DNA of 58,813 bases from Eubacteriales bacterium. GTDB taxonomy: Bacteria; Bacillota; Clostridia; Lachnospirales; JAVBJY01. Position numbers and translations under genes: made by a program. Positions 28,328-38,212 of the stretch are shown in pieces. The stretch covers positions 1-58,813 of the forward strand of contig JAVBJY010000103.1 in the NCBI GenBank assembly GCA_031546735.1, in the 5' to 3' direction. Position 1 is the first letter of the stretch, and each line of letters begins with the position of its first letter. The notes under the pieces are model-generated. The model was given only the letters and a program-made list of their open reading frames with translations, searched no databases and had not been told where the DNA came from.

Positions 28328-29431
28328 ATGAACAAATCCAAAGTATATTTTACAAACATGAAAACCTCCCTAGAGGAGAACCTTCCGATGAAATTTCAAC
28401 GGCTCATTAAAGAAGCCGGCATCCAAACCATTGACTTCGACAGAAAATTTGTTGCCATTAAAATTCACTTCGGCGAGCTTGGCAACATGGCCTATTTGCG
28501 TCCAAACTATGCGAAAGCATTGGTGGACGTTGTTAAATCCCTTGGGGGCAATCCATTTCTCACCGATTGTAGCACGTTATATGTAGGCTCACGAAAAAAT
28601 GCGCTTGACCATTTGGACACCGCCTATGTAAACGGCTTCTCGCCGTTTTCGACAGGCTGTCACGTGCTGATTGCCGATGGCTTAAAAGGTACGGACGATG
28701 TGCTTGTTCCGGTTGAAGGTGGCGAATACATAAAAGAAGCCAAAGTTGGACGTGCGATTATGGACGCAGACATTCTCATCTCGCTTTCCCATTTTAAAGG
28801 GCACGAAATGGCGGGTATCGGCGGCGCGGTCAAAAATATCGGCATGGGCTGTGGTTCGAGAGCCGGAAAAATGGAAATGCACGCTTCGGGCAAACCAGAG
28901 ATTTTTGCAGACAACTGTGTTGCCTGTCGCAAATGCCTGACCCAATGCGCCCATAGCGCCATTACCATCGTGGACAAAAAAGCAGTCATCGACCACGACC
29001 GTTGTGTCGGTTGCGGGCGATGCATTAGCGCCTGTATGTATGATGCGGTGTACGCCGATAACGACGAAGGCTCTGAAGTATTAAACAAAAAAATTGTCGA
29101 GTATACAACCGCAATTTTGAAAGACAGACCACACTTTCATGTTTCCCTCGCCATCGACATTTCGCCTTTCTGCGACTGTCATGCCGAAAACGATGTACCC
29201 ATTGCGCCAAACATCGGCATGTTCGCGTCCTTCGATCCCGTTGCCCTCGACGCGGCGTGTGCCAACGCCGTTAACGCGGCACCCGTCGGCGCAGGCAGTG
29301 TATTAGAAGGCAAAGCGGCAAGCGGCGACAAATTTCACGACACCCACCCCACGACCAACTGGCAACATGGCACCGACCACGCGGTGAAGATGGGGCTTGG
29401 CAACAAAGAATATGAATTGATCACGATATAG
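28328..29431 (+). CDS. DUF362-domain protein with an embedded 2x[4Fe-4S] ferredoxin domain
   Basis: 367 aa. CVACRKCLTQC and CVGCGRCISAC cluster motifs inside a DUF362-like frame. Confidence 0.6.
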   Translation: MNKSKVYFTNMKTSLEENLPMKFQRLIKEAGIQTIDFDRKFVAIKIHFGELGNMAYLRPNYAKALVDVVKSLGGNPFLTDCSTLYVGSRKNALDHLDTAYVNGFSPFSTGCHVLIADGLKGTDDVLVPVEGGEYIKEAKVGRAIMDADILISLSHFKGHEMAGIGGAVKNIGMGCGSRAGKMEMHASGKPEIFADNCVACRKCLTQCAHSAITIVDKKAVIDHDRCVGCGRCISACMYDAVYADNDEGSEVLNKKIVEYTTAILKDRPHFHVSLAIDISPFCDCHAENDVPIAPNIGMFASFDPVALDAACANAVNAAPVGAGSVLEGKAASGDKFHDTHPTTNWQHGTDHAVKMGLGNKEYELITI

Positions 29432-29443
29432 ATTTTTTTTAAG

Positions 29444-29504
29444 AAACGAAAGAGGCGGAGAGAAACTTTTTTTAACAAAAGTTTCTCTCCGCCTCTTTCG
29501 TTTC
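29444..29504. terminator. Bidirectional terminator (24-bp stem)
   Basis: gaaacgaaagaggcggagagaaac / gtttctctccgcctctttcgtttc with a T/A-rich loop and flanks. Lies between convergent genes. Confidence 0.8.
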
Positions 29505-29511
29505 GTTCTAG

Positions 29512-30210
29512 CTAGCCCTTCACAACCCCACGAATCCATCCATGCAACGGTTCCAACTGCCTGAATTGATCCGTCGCAAACGTAAGAAACTCCCGCGAGA
29601 AAATAGCAGACGTGTCGGTTATGATGTCGGCGTACAAGCCCGAATGCAGCAGCAACGCGCCCCGATTCTGTGGCACATCTTCATAGCCCTTCGGCATTCT
29701 CTTATATGTGCTTCCATGGTAGTGACCGTTTTGTATTTTTTCTACACCACGCAGAATCGACACCAATTTGGCACCCTTCTTATCATCTGCAACGGCGTCT
29801 CTGTATTGTACCAGTGCCTCTTTCGAAAACTCAAGTATGCCTGTGCCAAACATAAGCTCATGCGCAGACAGCCGAAAGATAAACCCAGAGCATTCAAAAC
29901 TCTTCGTCTCTCCGTCCCAAAACCACACATCCAGATGGGTTCTGTAGGGGCTTTTGTCCTTCGAAAAGCGAATGTCTCGGTTCATACGAGAGATCGATTT
30001 GCCCACGGTCGGAATCCCATTTGTCGTAGGTGACACCGCCTTTAACATCTGCGTGATCTCTGTCACAAATCGTCTAGCCGGTTCAATTAACTGGGCTTCA
30101 AATTCACTTTTGTGGCTGTGAAACCATTCTTTGTTGTTATTGTGTGCCAGTTCGACCAGCAACAAGATTGCATCTTTGCCAAAGCCTGAAAAATCGGCCC
30201 CTTCACACAC
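29512..30210 (-). CDS. DUF2461 (TIGR02453-like) family protein
   Basis: 232 aa. N-terminal F..L..NN.KEWF...K..FE pattern recalled for DUF2461. Confidence 0.55.
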   Translation of the reverse strand: MCEGADFSGFGKDAILLLVELAHNNNKEWFHSHKSEFEAQLIEPARRFVTEITQMLKAVSPTTNGIPTVGKSISRMNRDIRFSKDKSPYRTHLDVWFWDGETKSFECSGFIFRLSAHELMFGTGILEFSKEALVQYRDAVADDKKGAKLVSILRGVEKIQNGHYHGSTYKRMPKGYEDVPQNRGALLLHSGLYADIITDTSAIFSREFLTFATDQFRQLEPLHGWIRGVVKG

Positions 30211-30242
30211 CCGAAACCACCAACCCTCTCCATATCACTTGG

Positions 30243-30962
30243 CTACACCCCAAACAAATCGCCAATGTCTGCATCGTCTATGACGCGTCTCGTCTTCTGA
30301 CCCGAATTTTTTAGCATGCTGTTCATCTTTTCTTCGACCGACTTCTTTAACAGCATTTCAACGTTGATGCCGCGCAACTTAAAAAACAACGTCGGATCTT
30401 CGTCTAGTCTTGCGCCGATTCCGAACAACGCCGCCGCCACGTGCTTGCACATCGACGCCCAATCGGGGCACGAGCAGTCGAAGTGTATTTCCTTGGGGCT
30501 TGGAAATAGCCCATCCCGTTGTATCGTAAACAGTTCTTGTAGTTCTTTCGGAAATTTGCCCTCTGCCAGTTCTGCAATGCTTTCGATCTTGTGACCACAA
30601 GCCTGTATCATGTGGTTCCATTTTTTCTCTGGAAGCGCGTCAATGATGATTTGGATTTCGTAGGGCTTGCGTGAACCGCCCTGCACCAAAGCGTCTACCC
30701 TACCTTGTTCTATTTTTAAGTCTAACACACAGCCTTGCCGCAAGTAACTGCGCCCACGCCCGATGCGGTTGCTGTAATCGGAGTAGCTTTCTAAGTTTTT
30801 AGTCCATGCAATGCCCCACCACGTATTCGAAATTTTTGTGCCACGGATGATGACGGGTTGGATGGTTGTGTCTTTCTTTTTTAGCTTCTCTAGCGCCGTT
30901 TTTGCCTGTTCCTTTTTTTTGGCCACTGGTGTATATTCAAAGTATCCCCACATCTGTATCAC
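30243..30962 (-). CDS. SWIM zinc-finger protein
   Basis: 239 aa. SWIM signature CSCPDWASMCKHVAAAL. Starts 1 nt after the SNF2 gene stop. Confidence 0.75.
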   Translation of the reverse strand: MIQMWGYFEYTPVAKKKEQAKTALEKLKKKDTTIQPVIIRGTKISNTWWGIAWTKNLESYSDYSNRIGRGRSYLRQGCVLDLKIEQGRVDALVQGGSRKPYEIQIIIDALPEKKWNHMIQACGHKIESIAELAEGKFPKELQELFTIQRDGLFPSPKEIHFDCSCPDWASMCKHVAAALFGIGARLDEDPTLFFKLRGINVEMLLKKSVEEKMNSMLKNSGQKTRRVIDDADIGDLFGV

Positions 30963-30963
30963 C

Positions 30964-33600
30964 TCATCCTAGTGTAAAAAGAGACATAATTTCATTGTTG
31001 TCCAGTTCGGTTATCCAGTTTTCGCCGGATGTCGCCATAATGTCACCGGCCATTTTTTGCTTTTCTGCAATCATGCCATCGATCTTTTCTTCGATTGTGC
31101 CACTTGTGATAAATTTATGCACCAGTACATTTTTTTGCTGGCCGATACGAAAGGCACGGTCTGTCGCTTGGTTTTCGATGGCGGGGTTCCACCACCGATC
31201 GAAATGGATGACGTGATTGGCTGACGTCAAATTGAGCCCCACACCACCCGCTTTCAGCGACAAAATCATAAAGGGTATGTACGCTTCGCCACAAAATTTT
31301 TCTACAATCTCTGCTCTTTTTTTGATCGCCGTGCCGCCGTGCAACACAAGCCCTTCATGCCCAAAGATTGTTTCCAAGTGCTTGGCAATCGGTTGGGTCA
31401 TCTCTTTAAATTGGGTGAAGACGAGAACCCGCTCTCTTTTTTCGTAGATTGTCTCACATATTTCTGATAGCTTGTCAAACTTGCCGCTCTGGGTCGGTTC
31501 AAATTGTTTTTGCCCCAAATACTGGTCGGGGTGGTTGCAGATTTGTTTAAACTTCATGATGCTCGCCAATACCAACCCTTTTCGATTGATGCCCTCGGCG
31601 GTTTGAAGTGCCCGTTCCAACTCGTTCACCAACGATTTGTAAAGCACCGTCTGCTTCTTGGTAAGGGTCGTGTAGGCGTTCATCTCAATTTTATCTGGCA
31701 AATCTTCAATAATAGACTTGTCCGTTTTGAGCCGCCGCAAAATAAACGGGCTGACGACCGAACGCAACTTGGAATAGTTGTCTTTTTCCTTTAGTTCTTT
31801 TGCAAACGTGGTAAATTCTTTCGACGTGCCCAACAGCCCTTTGTTTAAAAAATCGAAGAGCGACCAGAGGTCTGTCAATCGATTTTCCACAGGTGTACCG
31901 GTCATGGCGATTTTTGAAGCCGCGTTTAGCTGTCTCACGACCTTCGATTGCTTTGTGTTTGGGTTTTTGATCGCCTGCGCTTCGTCCAGTATGATTAAAT
32001 CCCACCGGGCGGTCTGCAAGGCCTCTAAGCGCACCGTCATGCCGTACGTGGTGATGTACAGGTCGGTGTCGTCCTGCTCGTCTATGGCAAGCACTTCTTT
32101 TGAATTTGTGTGCAGTATCTTGTAGCACAACAGCGGCGCGAATTTTTCAATTTCCTTCTGCCAGTTGCCGATCAGTGAGGCAGGAATAATGAGCAAGGTT
32201 TTTGTTCGTTTGCCTTCCGACTGGTTTTGGCGTATGTAATCAAGCAACGCCAAAATCTGCACCGTTTTGCCAAGCCCCATGTCGTCGGCCAATAGCGCCC
32301 CAAACCCAAGTTGCTTCATAAAATGCAACCAATCAAACCCCAACTGCTGATACTGCCTAAGCGTCGCTTTAAATTCTGCCCCCACGACAAGATTGTCAAT
32401 CTCACCCGGGTTTATCAGCTTCCGTCGCACGCTACCGAGCCATTCTCCGTTGGTCACTTCGATAACGGCGTTTTCCTCATCGGCACCCAGACGGTCGTAG
32501 ACGTTTAGCTCCATCCGCATCGCTTCTGCTAGCGTCAGTTCGCCGCTTTGGGCTTTCTCAAAGGCTTTTTCATAGGCGTCGAGTGTCGCCTTTAGCTTTT
32601 CATGGTCTACTTCCACCCACTTGCCTTTGATAAACGACAAGCCGCTGGTTTGGGAAAGCAATTGCTCCAGTTCCTCTTTTGTGATTTGTTCGTCGCCAAA
32701 ATAGAGTTCGGGCTTAAACGCAAGCAACGCGTCCATGCCAACATGAGACGGAGCCGCATCGCCCACCGAGAGGGAGACCTTTGCCGAAGCAGTCTTCTTC
32801 CGCCACCAATCGGGGATGCGGCAGAGTACGCCGCTCTCTTCATAGAGCGGTATCTCTTTTAAGAACACATACGCTTCATCACTCGTAAACTTTAACGGCG
32901 AAAACAACTCACCGCTTTCGACCAGTTCGGAAATAAAGTCGCTCTGTTCTGTCACCTTGCTCACCGTCGCCAACAGCTTTAACAGCAAGTCGTTCTGGTC
33001 TTTGTATTCGAGCAGTGCATTTTTGAGTGGCATATGCGCCGCTTTTTTATCGTGACCATCTGCGGTGCTATAGGTCGATAAAAAGGCAAAGGGATAGTCT
33101 TCATCCTTATTCTCAACCAGATGAAAAAACACCTTCCCCGCTACGTTTAGCTTTGCATCTTGCTCTTTTAAAAATTCGGCGACACTGCCTGTATAACCCG
33201 CGATTTCTTCTATAAAAAACGTTTCGAGCTTCTGCCAGATCGCCTTGACCCACAGGGCGTTTACGTATTCAATGCCCACCACAAACGGTACGGCGTGCAG
33301 AATGTCCATCAACATATCGGTAGACATCGGCGCTGGGTTGCGCGTGATTTCGATGTCTGCGTCCATCGCAATCCACTGGATAAACCGTTTTGCAATGCCC
33401 TGCATAAACAAAAGGGAGGGCGACATCTCTGGGCGCTTGGCGCTAAATCCAAAATAAAAGAGCGTGCCAATCGGTTTGGTTTGCAACTGCTCATAAAGCG
33501 TTTGATCGAAAAAGGCGGCTTTGCCCGCCGCCCATTCCACGTCGACGACAAACCCGCCCTCTTTAAAGATGATAATGATTTCTTTGTTCCGCTCTTGCAT
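30964..33600 (-). CDS. SNF2-family helicase/ATPase with an N-terminal region of about 400 aa of unknown function
   Basis: 878 aa. Motif I ADDMGLGKT, motif II ILDEAQAIKN, MTGTPVENRLTDLW, C-terminal helicase lobe (HFDRWWNPAIENQATDRAFRIGQ). Confidence 0.85.
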   Translation of the reverse strand: MQERNKEIIIIFKEGGFVVDVEWAAGKAAFFDQTLYEQLQTKPIGTLFYFGFSAKRPEMSPSLLFMQGIAKRFIQWIAMDADIEITRNPAPMSTDMLMDILHAVPFVVGIEYVNALWVKAIWQKLETFFIEEIAGYTGSVAEFLKEQDAKLNVAGKVFFHLVENKDEDYPFAFLSTYSTADGHDKKAAHMPLKNALLEYKDQNDLLLKLLATVSKVTEQSDFISELVESGELFSPLKFTSDEAYVFLKEIPLYEESGVLCRIPDWWRKKTASAKVSLSVGDAAPSHVGMDALLAFKPELYFGDEQITKEELEQLLSQTSGLSFIKGKWVEVDHEKLKATLDAYEKAFEKAQSGELTLAEAMRMELNVYDRLGADEENAVIEVTNGEWLGSVRRKLINPGEIDNLVVGAEFKATLRQYQQLGFDWLHFMKQLGFGALLADDMGLGKTVQILALLDYIRQNQSEGKRTKTLLIIPASLIGNWQKEIEKFAPLLCYKILHTNSKEVLAIDEQDDTDLYITTYGMTVRLEALQTARWDLIILDEAQAIKNPNTKQSKVVRQLNAASKIAMTGTPVENRLTDLWSLFDFLNKGLLGTSKEFTTFAKELKEKDNYSKLRSVVSPFILRRLKTDKSIIEDLPDKIEMNAYTTLTKKQTVLYKSLVNELERALQTAEGINRKGLVLASIMKFKQICNHPDQYLGQKQFEPTQSGKFDKLSEICETIYEKRERVLVFTQFKEMTQPIAKHLETIFGHEGLVLHGGTAIKKRAEIVEKFCGEAYIPFMILSLKAGGVGLNLTSANHVIHFDRWWNPAIENQATDRAFRIGQQKNVLVHKFITSGTIEEKIDGMIAEKQKMAGDIMATSGENWITELDNNEIMSLFTLG

Positions 33601-33639
33601 ACGTGCACTGTCCTTTCCACATGCTGTTGGTTATTGTTT

Positions 33640-33683
33640 AAAAAAATAAGATCGTGGACGCTGCCCACGACCTTATCTTTTTA
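33640..33683. terminator. Bidirectional terminator after the hydrogenase operon
   Basis: A-run, then imperfect stem aagatcgtgg / ccacgacctt, then T-run. On the minus strand the stem is followed by TTTTTTT. Confidence 0.6.
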
Positions 33684-33699
33684 ATTTATATACACTCGC

Positions 33700-35451
33700 C
33701 TACTCGTGTCCGTAAACCGGTCGCTTTTCAAACGTCGTGTGAAGAAGCGCGTGTGCCTTCTCGCCGTATGGCTCGCCCAAAAATTCTTCGTAGAGCTTTT
33801 GGATCTCTTTGTTTTCATGCGAATACCGCACTTGCTTCTCTCTGTCTTCTGCGTAAATGGCACCCGTCCGACCTTTTAGAATATCGGGGTCATTGGCATG
33901 GTATGGCTGACCGCCGCCGCCAACGCAACCGCCAGGGCACGCCATAATTTCGATGGCGTGGTAGTGCACTTCTTTCTTTTGAATGGATTCTAAGAGCTGA
34001 CGCGCATTGCCAAGCCCGTGGGCAACGGCAATTTTGATCTCTTCGCCGTTGATTTGGTAGCTTGCTTCTTTTATGCCATCCATACCGCGAAGTGCGGTAA
34101 ACTCGACTTGCTCTGGCTTGCTGCCTGTCAACCATGTGTAGGCTGTTCGCACCGCCGCTTCAATAACGCCGCCTGTCGCGCCAAACAAAACAGAAGCACC
34201 GGACGATTCGCCCATAACACGGTCAAAATCTTCATCTGGCAACTCTTTAAACAAAATGCCCGCTTCACGGATCATGCTTGCAAACTCTCTCGTCGTCACA
34301 ACATAATCCACCGAAGGATCTTCGCCCGATTCAAGCTCTGGACGGTTTGCTTCGTACTTTTTGGCAAGACATGGCATCACCGAAACAACAACCATCTTCT
34401 TCGGATCTACGCCCAATTTTTCTGCCAGATAGGTTTTCGCAATGGCACCAAACATTTCGTGAGGCGACTTACAAGTGGACGGAATGTCTAACAAATCTGG
34501 AAATTGATGCTCGATAAATTTAACCCACGCCGGGCAACAGCTTGTAAGAATCGGCAACACGCCGCCGTGTTGTAGCCTGTGCACAAGCTCGGAGGCTTCT
34601 TCCATAATTGTTAAATCTGCCGCGAAATCTGTATCGTATACCCGATCGAATCCCATACGTCTGAGACTCGCTACCATCTTGCCCGTCACTCTCGTGCCGA
34701 CAGGCATGCCGAATTCTTCGCCTAACGCCACACGAACCGCTGGTGCCGTCTGCACAACGACAAATTTTTCTGGGTCGTTAATGGCGTCCCAAACAGCGCC
34801 TGTGTTGTCAACTTGTGTCAACGCACCTGTTGGACATACCGACACACATTGACCACAGAATGTACAGCATGTATCAATCATCTGGCTATCAAACGCCGTA
34901 CCGATTGTGCTGTCGAACCCACGGTGCACAGCCGAATATACGCCAACCGTCTGCACGGTGTTGCACATCGTCTCACAACGACGGCAAAGCACGCATTTGT
35001 TAGGATCACGAACGAGCGAGAAGCTTGATGTATCCTTTGGATAGTTTGACATACGGCCTGTGTAGCGCACTTCGTGTAGACCAAGTTCTGCCGCGAGGCC
35101 TTGAAGCTCACACTTTTGATTTTTTGCGCACACAAGACAATCTTTCGGGTGGTTAGACAAAAACAACTCCATCATTTTACGGCGTGACTTCACCGCGCGG
35201 GCTGTGTTTGTTTTAATCTTCATGCCTTCTGCCACATATGTGCTACAAGCGGGCGCTAAGTTTCGTCTGCCCTCTACTTCTACCATACATACACGACATG
35301 TCGCCACTTGGTTTACCATTTTTGTATCGTGAATATTCAAATGACAAAGAGTTGGGATATTGGCGCCAGCCGCTTTCGCGCATTCCAAAATCGTCATGTC
35401 TTGTTCGACTTCCATGTCCAAGTTGTTGATGTTTATTTTGACTAAGCTCAT
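33700..35451 (-). CDS. hydA: [FeFe]-hydrogenase catalytic subunit (group A, multimeric/bifurcating type)
   Basis: 583 aa. N-terminal 2Fe-2S and 4Fe-4S domains. H-cluster motifs TSCCPAW, MPCLAKK, EIMACPGGCVGGGGQP. Confidence 0.9.
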   Translation of the reverse strand: MSLVKININNLDMEVEQDMTILECAKAAGANIPTLCHLNIHDTKMVNQVATCRVCMVEVEGRRNLAPACSTYVAEGMKIKTNTARAVKSRRKMMELFLSNHPKDCLVCAKNQKCELQGLAAELGLHEVRYTGRMSNYPKDTSSFSLVRDPNKCVLCRRCETMCNTVQTVGVYSAVHRGFDSTIGTAFDSQMIDTCCTFCGQCVSVCPTGALTQVDNTGAVWDAINDPEKFVVVQTAPAVRVALGEEFGMPVGTRVTGKMVASLRRMGFDRVYDTDFAADLTIMEEASELVHRLQHGGVLPILTSCCPAWVKFIEHQFPDLLDIPSTCKSPHEMFGAIAKTYLAEKLGVDPKKMVVVSVMPCLAKKYEANRPELESGEDPSVDYVVTTREFASMIREAGILFKELPDEDFDRVMGESSGASVLFGATGGVIEAAVRTAYTWLTGSKPEQVEFTALRGMDGIKEASYQINGEEIKIAVAHGLGNARQLLESIQKKEVHYHAIEIMACPGGCVGGGGQPYHANDPDILKGRTGAIYAEDREKQVRYSHENKEIQKLYEEFLGEPYGEKAHALLHTTFEKRPVYGHE

Positions 35452-35470
35452 TTTACATTCCCTCCTCTTT

Positions 35471-37264
35471 TTATTGTTTTATAATTGCTTTTGTCGGACA
35501 TTTTGAAGCACAAACACCACACTTGATACAAATGTCTTGGTCGATGTGATGGATTTTTTTGCGCTCGCCTGATATACAAGACACAGGGCAATTTTTTGCA
35601 CAGACCGTACAGCCGATGCACTTGTCGTCTATAATAACGTACTGCAAAAGCGACGTACACGCACCCGCCGGGCAACGTTTATGTTCGATATGTTGGATAT
35701 ATTCATCGCGGAAGAATTTAATAGAAGACAACACAGGGTTCGGTGCCGATTGACCAAGACCACAAAGTGACGTATCCTTGATTAATTCTGCCAAATCTGC
35801 CAGCTCGTCTAAGTCGGACATTGTGCCTTTGCCTTCTGTTATTTTTTCTAAAATTTCATACATTCTGGTGTTTCCGATGCGGCATGGCGTACATTTTCCA
35901 CAGCTTTCCTCTACGGTAAACTCTAGGTAGAATTTTGCCATGTTTACCATACAATCGTCTTCGTCTAGCACGATCATACTGCCCGAACCCATCATCGAAC
36001 CAACAGAGGTAAGGGTGTCAAAGTCGATGGGAAGGTCTAACAATTCGGCCGGAATAAACCCGCCGGACGGACCACCTGTCTGCACCGCTTTAAATTCACG
36101 CTCGTTTCGGATGCCGCCGCCCACTTTGTAGATGATATCATGCAACGGCGTGCCCATCGGCACTTCCACCAATCCAACGTTGTTGATTTTACCCGCGAGG
36201 GCAAACACTTTCGCGCCTTTTGATTTTTCGGTGCCGATTTTTGAATACCAATCTGCGCCTTTTAAAATAATCTGACAGACATTGGCAAAGGTTTCAACGT
36301 TGTTGATGTTGGTCGGTTTTTGCCACAAGCCTTTTTGTGCTGGAAATGGTGGCTTCATACGTGGCTCGCCACGTCCGCCTTCAACAGAGTTTAACAACGC
36401 ACTCTCTTCGCCGCATACAAACGCGCCTGCGCCGAGGTTCATCGTGATTTTAAAGTTAAAATCTGTACCCAAAATGTTGTCGCCAAGCAAGCCATATTCT
36501 TCTGCTTGCCGAATCGCATTCTCTAACCGTTGCACCGCCAGTGGATATTCGGCACGTATATAAATCACGCCTTCGTCAGCACCGATTGCATAGCCGCAAA
36601 TGGCCATCGCTTCCAACACAGCGTGTGGGTCGCCCTCCAGAACAGAACGATCCATAAACGCACCCGGGTCGCCTTCATCGGCGTTACAGATGACGTATTT
36701 TTTATCACCTTCTGATTTCTTTGCCAGTTCCCACTTCAGACCCGTCGGGAAACCTGCACCACCACGTCCGCGAAGACCGCTCGCCTTGATGATGTCGATT
36801 ACGTCTTGTGGCGATTTTTCCGCGATGCATTGTCCAAGTGCTTCATAACCCATCACCGAGATATAATCGTCGATTTGGTCTGGATCGATAACGCCGCAAT
36901 TGCGAAGCGCAATACGCACTTGTGACTGATAAAACGGAATGTCGCTATATTCTTCTACGGCTTCGCCTTTTTGAGGGTCTGTGTAAAGCAAACGCTTGAC
37001 CATTCTTCCCTTCATCACATGCTCTGCCACGATTTCTTGTATATCGTCTGGTGACACCTTCACATAAAAAACATTGTCTGGGTATATTTTGACAATGGGG
37101 CCTTGCTCACAAAACCCGAAGCAACCTGTCTTTAACACTTGGATTTCATTTTTCAAGTCTTGGTCGTTAATTTCTTTGATCAAGTTTTTATAGAGCTGTT
37201 CGCTGTCCGAAGATATGCAACCCGTACCGCCGCATACCAATATATGCATCCTATACTTATTCAC
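35471..37264 (-). CDS. hydB: NuoF-like flavoprotein subunit of the hydrogenase
   Basis: 597 aa. GRGGAGFPTG FMN/NAD motif, C-terminal 2x[4Fe-4S] (CIGCTVCAKNC, CIKCGVCASKC). Confidence 0.85.
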   Translation of the reverse strand: MNKYRMHILVCGGTGCISSDSEQLYKNLIKEINDQDLKNEIQVLKTGCFGFCEQGPIVKIYPDNVFYVKVSPDDIQEIVAEHVMKGRMVKRLLYTDPQKGEAVEEYSDIPFYQSQVRIALRNCGVIDPDQIDDYISVMGYEALGQCIAEKSPQDVIDIIKASGLRGRGGAGFPTGLKWELAKKSEGDKKYVICNADEGDPGAFMDRSVLEGDPHAVLEAMAICGYAIGADEGVIYIRAEYPLAVQRLENAIRQAEEYGLLGDNILGTDFNFKITMNLGAGAFVCGEESALLNSVEGGRGEPRMKPPFPAQKGLWQKPTNINNVETFANVCQIILKGADWYSKIGTEKSKGAKVFALAGKINNVGLVEVPMGTPLHDIIYKVGGGIRNEREFKAVQTGGPSGGFIPAELLDLPIDFDTLTSVGSMMGSGSMIVLDEDDCMVNMAKFYLEFTVEESCGKCTPCRIGNTRMYEILEKITEGKGTMSDLDELADLAELIKDTSLCGLGQSAPNPVLSSIKFFRDEYIQHIEHKRCPAGACTSLLQYVIIDDKCIGCTVCAKNCPVSCISGERKKIHHIDQDICIKCGVCASKCPTKAIIKQ

Positions 37265-37661
37265 TCTTCGGCACCCCTTTCGTAAACAGATGTTCTTCTA
37301 AGAAGATGCCCTTACAAATATGTTGGTCTACGATTTCTTTTGCAAGGTGCTCGTCAACGTTTGCGTAGCGGATTGGCTCGCCGTCTGGCGTACGAATTTC
37401 AACCAACGGTTCGGCGTAACAAAAGCCAAGGCAACCTGTCGCCACAACTGACACATCTTTTACATCTTTGGCGCCTAGCTCATCGATGATCGCCGACATC
37501 ACTTTTCTTGCGCCTGCCGCAATGCCGCACGTCGACATACCGATTGCGATTACGGTTCGGTTTGCATTGTCACCTGTCGTTCTGATATCGGTGTTTGCCA
37601 ACGATTTTTCTCTTATTTTTTTAAGTTCGTCCAATGATTTTAATTTACTCATTTTCTGCAC
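37257..37661 (-). CDS. Thioredoxin-like [2Fe-2S] ferredoxin
   Basis: 134 aa. Cys pattern (STCGIAAG ... TGCLGFC). Overlaps both neighbours. Confidence 0.65.
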   Translation of the reverse strand: MQKMSKLKSLDELKKIREKSLANTDIRTTGDNANRTVIAIGMSTCGIAAGARKVMSAIIDELGAKDVKDVSVVATGCLGFCYAEPLVEIRTPDGEPIRYANVDEHLAKEIVDQHICKGIFLEEHLFTKGVPKSE

Positions 37662-38148
37662 CGCCCTCTGCTAAAGACTCTTCGACTATTTTTCTCACGT
37701 CTTCTTTTGTTACACGTCCGTACATTTTTCCGTTTACAGAAACGACCGGCGCAAGGCCGCAAGCGCCTACGCATCGGATGCCGTCAAGAGAAAATACGTT
37801 GTCGTCTGTCGACTGCCCAACATCGATAGACAATTCTTTTTTAAATTCGTCCATAATCTCGGCTGCGCCCCGCACAAAGCAAGCCGTTCCCAAACAAACA
37901 TTGACTTGGAACACGCCTTTTTTTCGCATGGTGAAAAACGAATAAAAGGTGACGACGCCATATACCTTTGCCGTGGGGATCTGTAGCTTGTGCGCCACAT
38001 GATTTTGCACTTCCATCGGCAAAAACCCGATCAAACCTTGTGCCTTATGAAGTACCGTGATCAACTTTCCTTCTTTTGTCGGCAAACTGTCGATGAACGT
38101 ATCTAGTTCTTGTATCTGCAAAGAATAATCCTTGCCCTCTAGTATCAT
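37645..38148 (-). CDS. hydC: NuoE-like [2Fe-2S] subunit of the hydrogenase
   Basis: 167 aa. CLGTAC ... CVGACGLAP motif. Confidence 0.8.
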   Translation of the reverse strand: MILEGKDYSLQIQELDTFIDSLPTKEGKLITVLHKAQGLIGFLPMEVQNHVAHKLQIPTAKVYGVVTFYSFFTMRKKGVFQVNVCLGTACFVRGAAEIMDEFKKELSIDVGQSTDDNVFSLDGIRCVGACGLAPVVSVNGKMYGRVTKEDVRKIVEESLAEGGAENE

Positions 38149-38212
38149 AGTAGTTCCTCCTTATATTTAGGCACCTCCAAGAAAATAGCAAGCCAATTTT
38201 CTTTACACTGCC

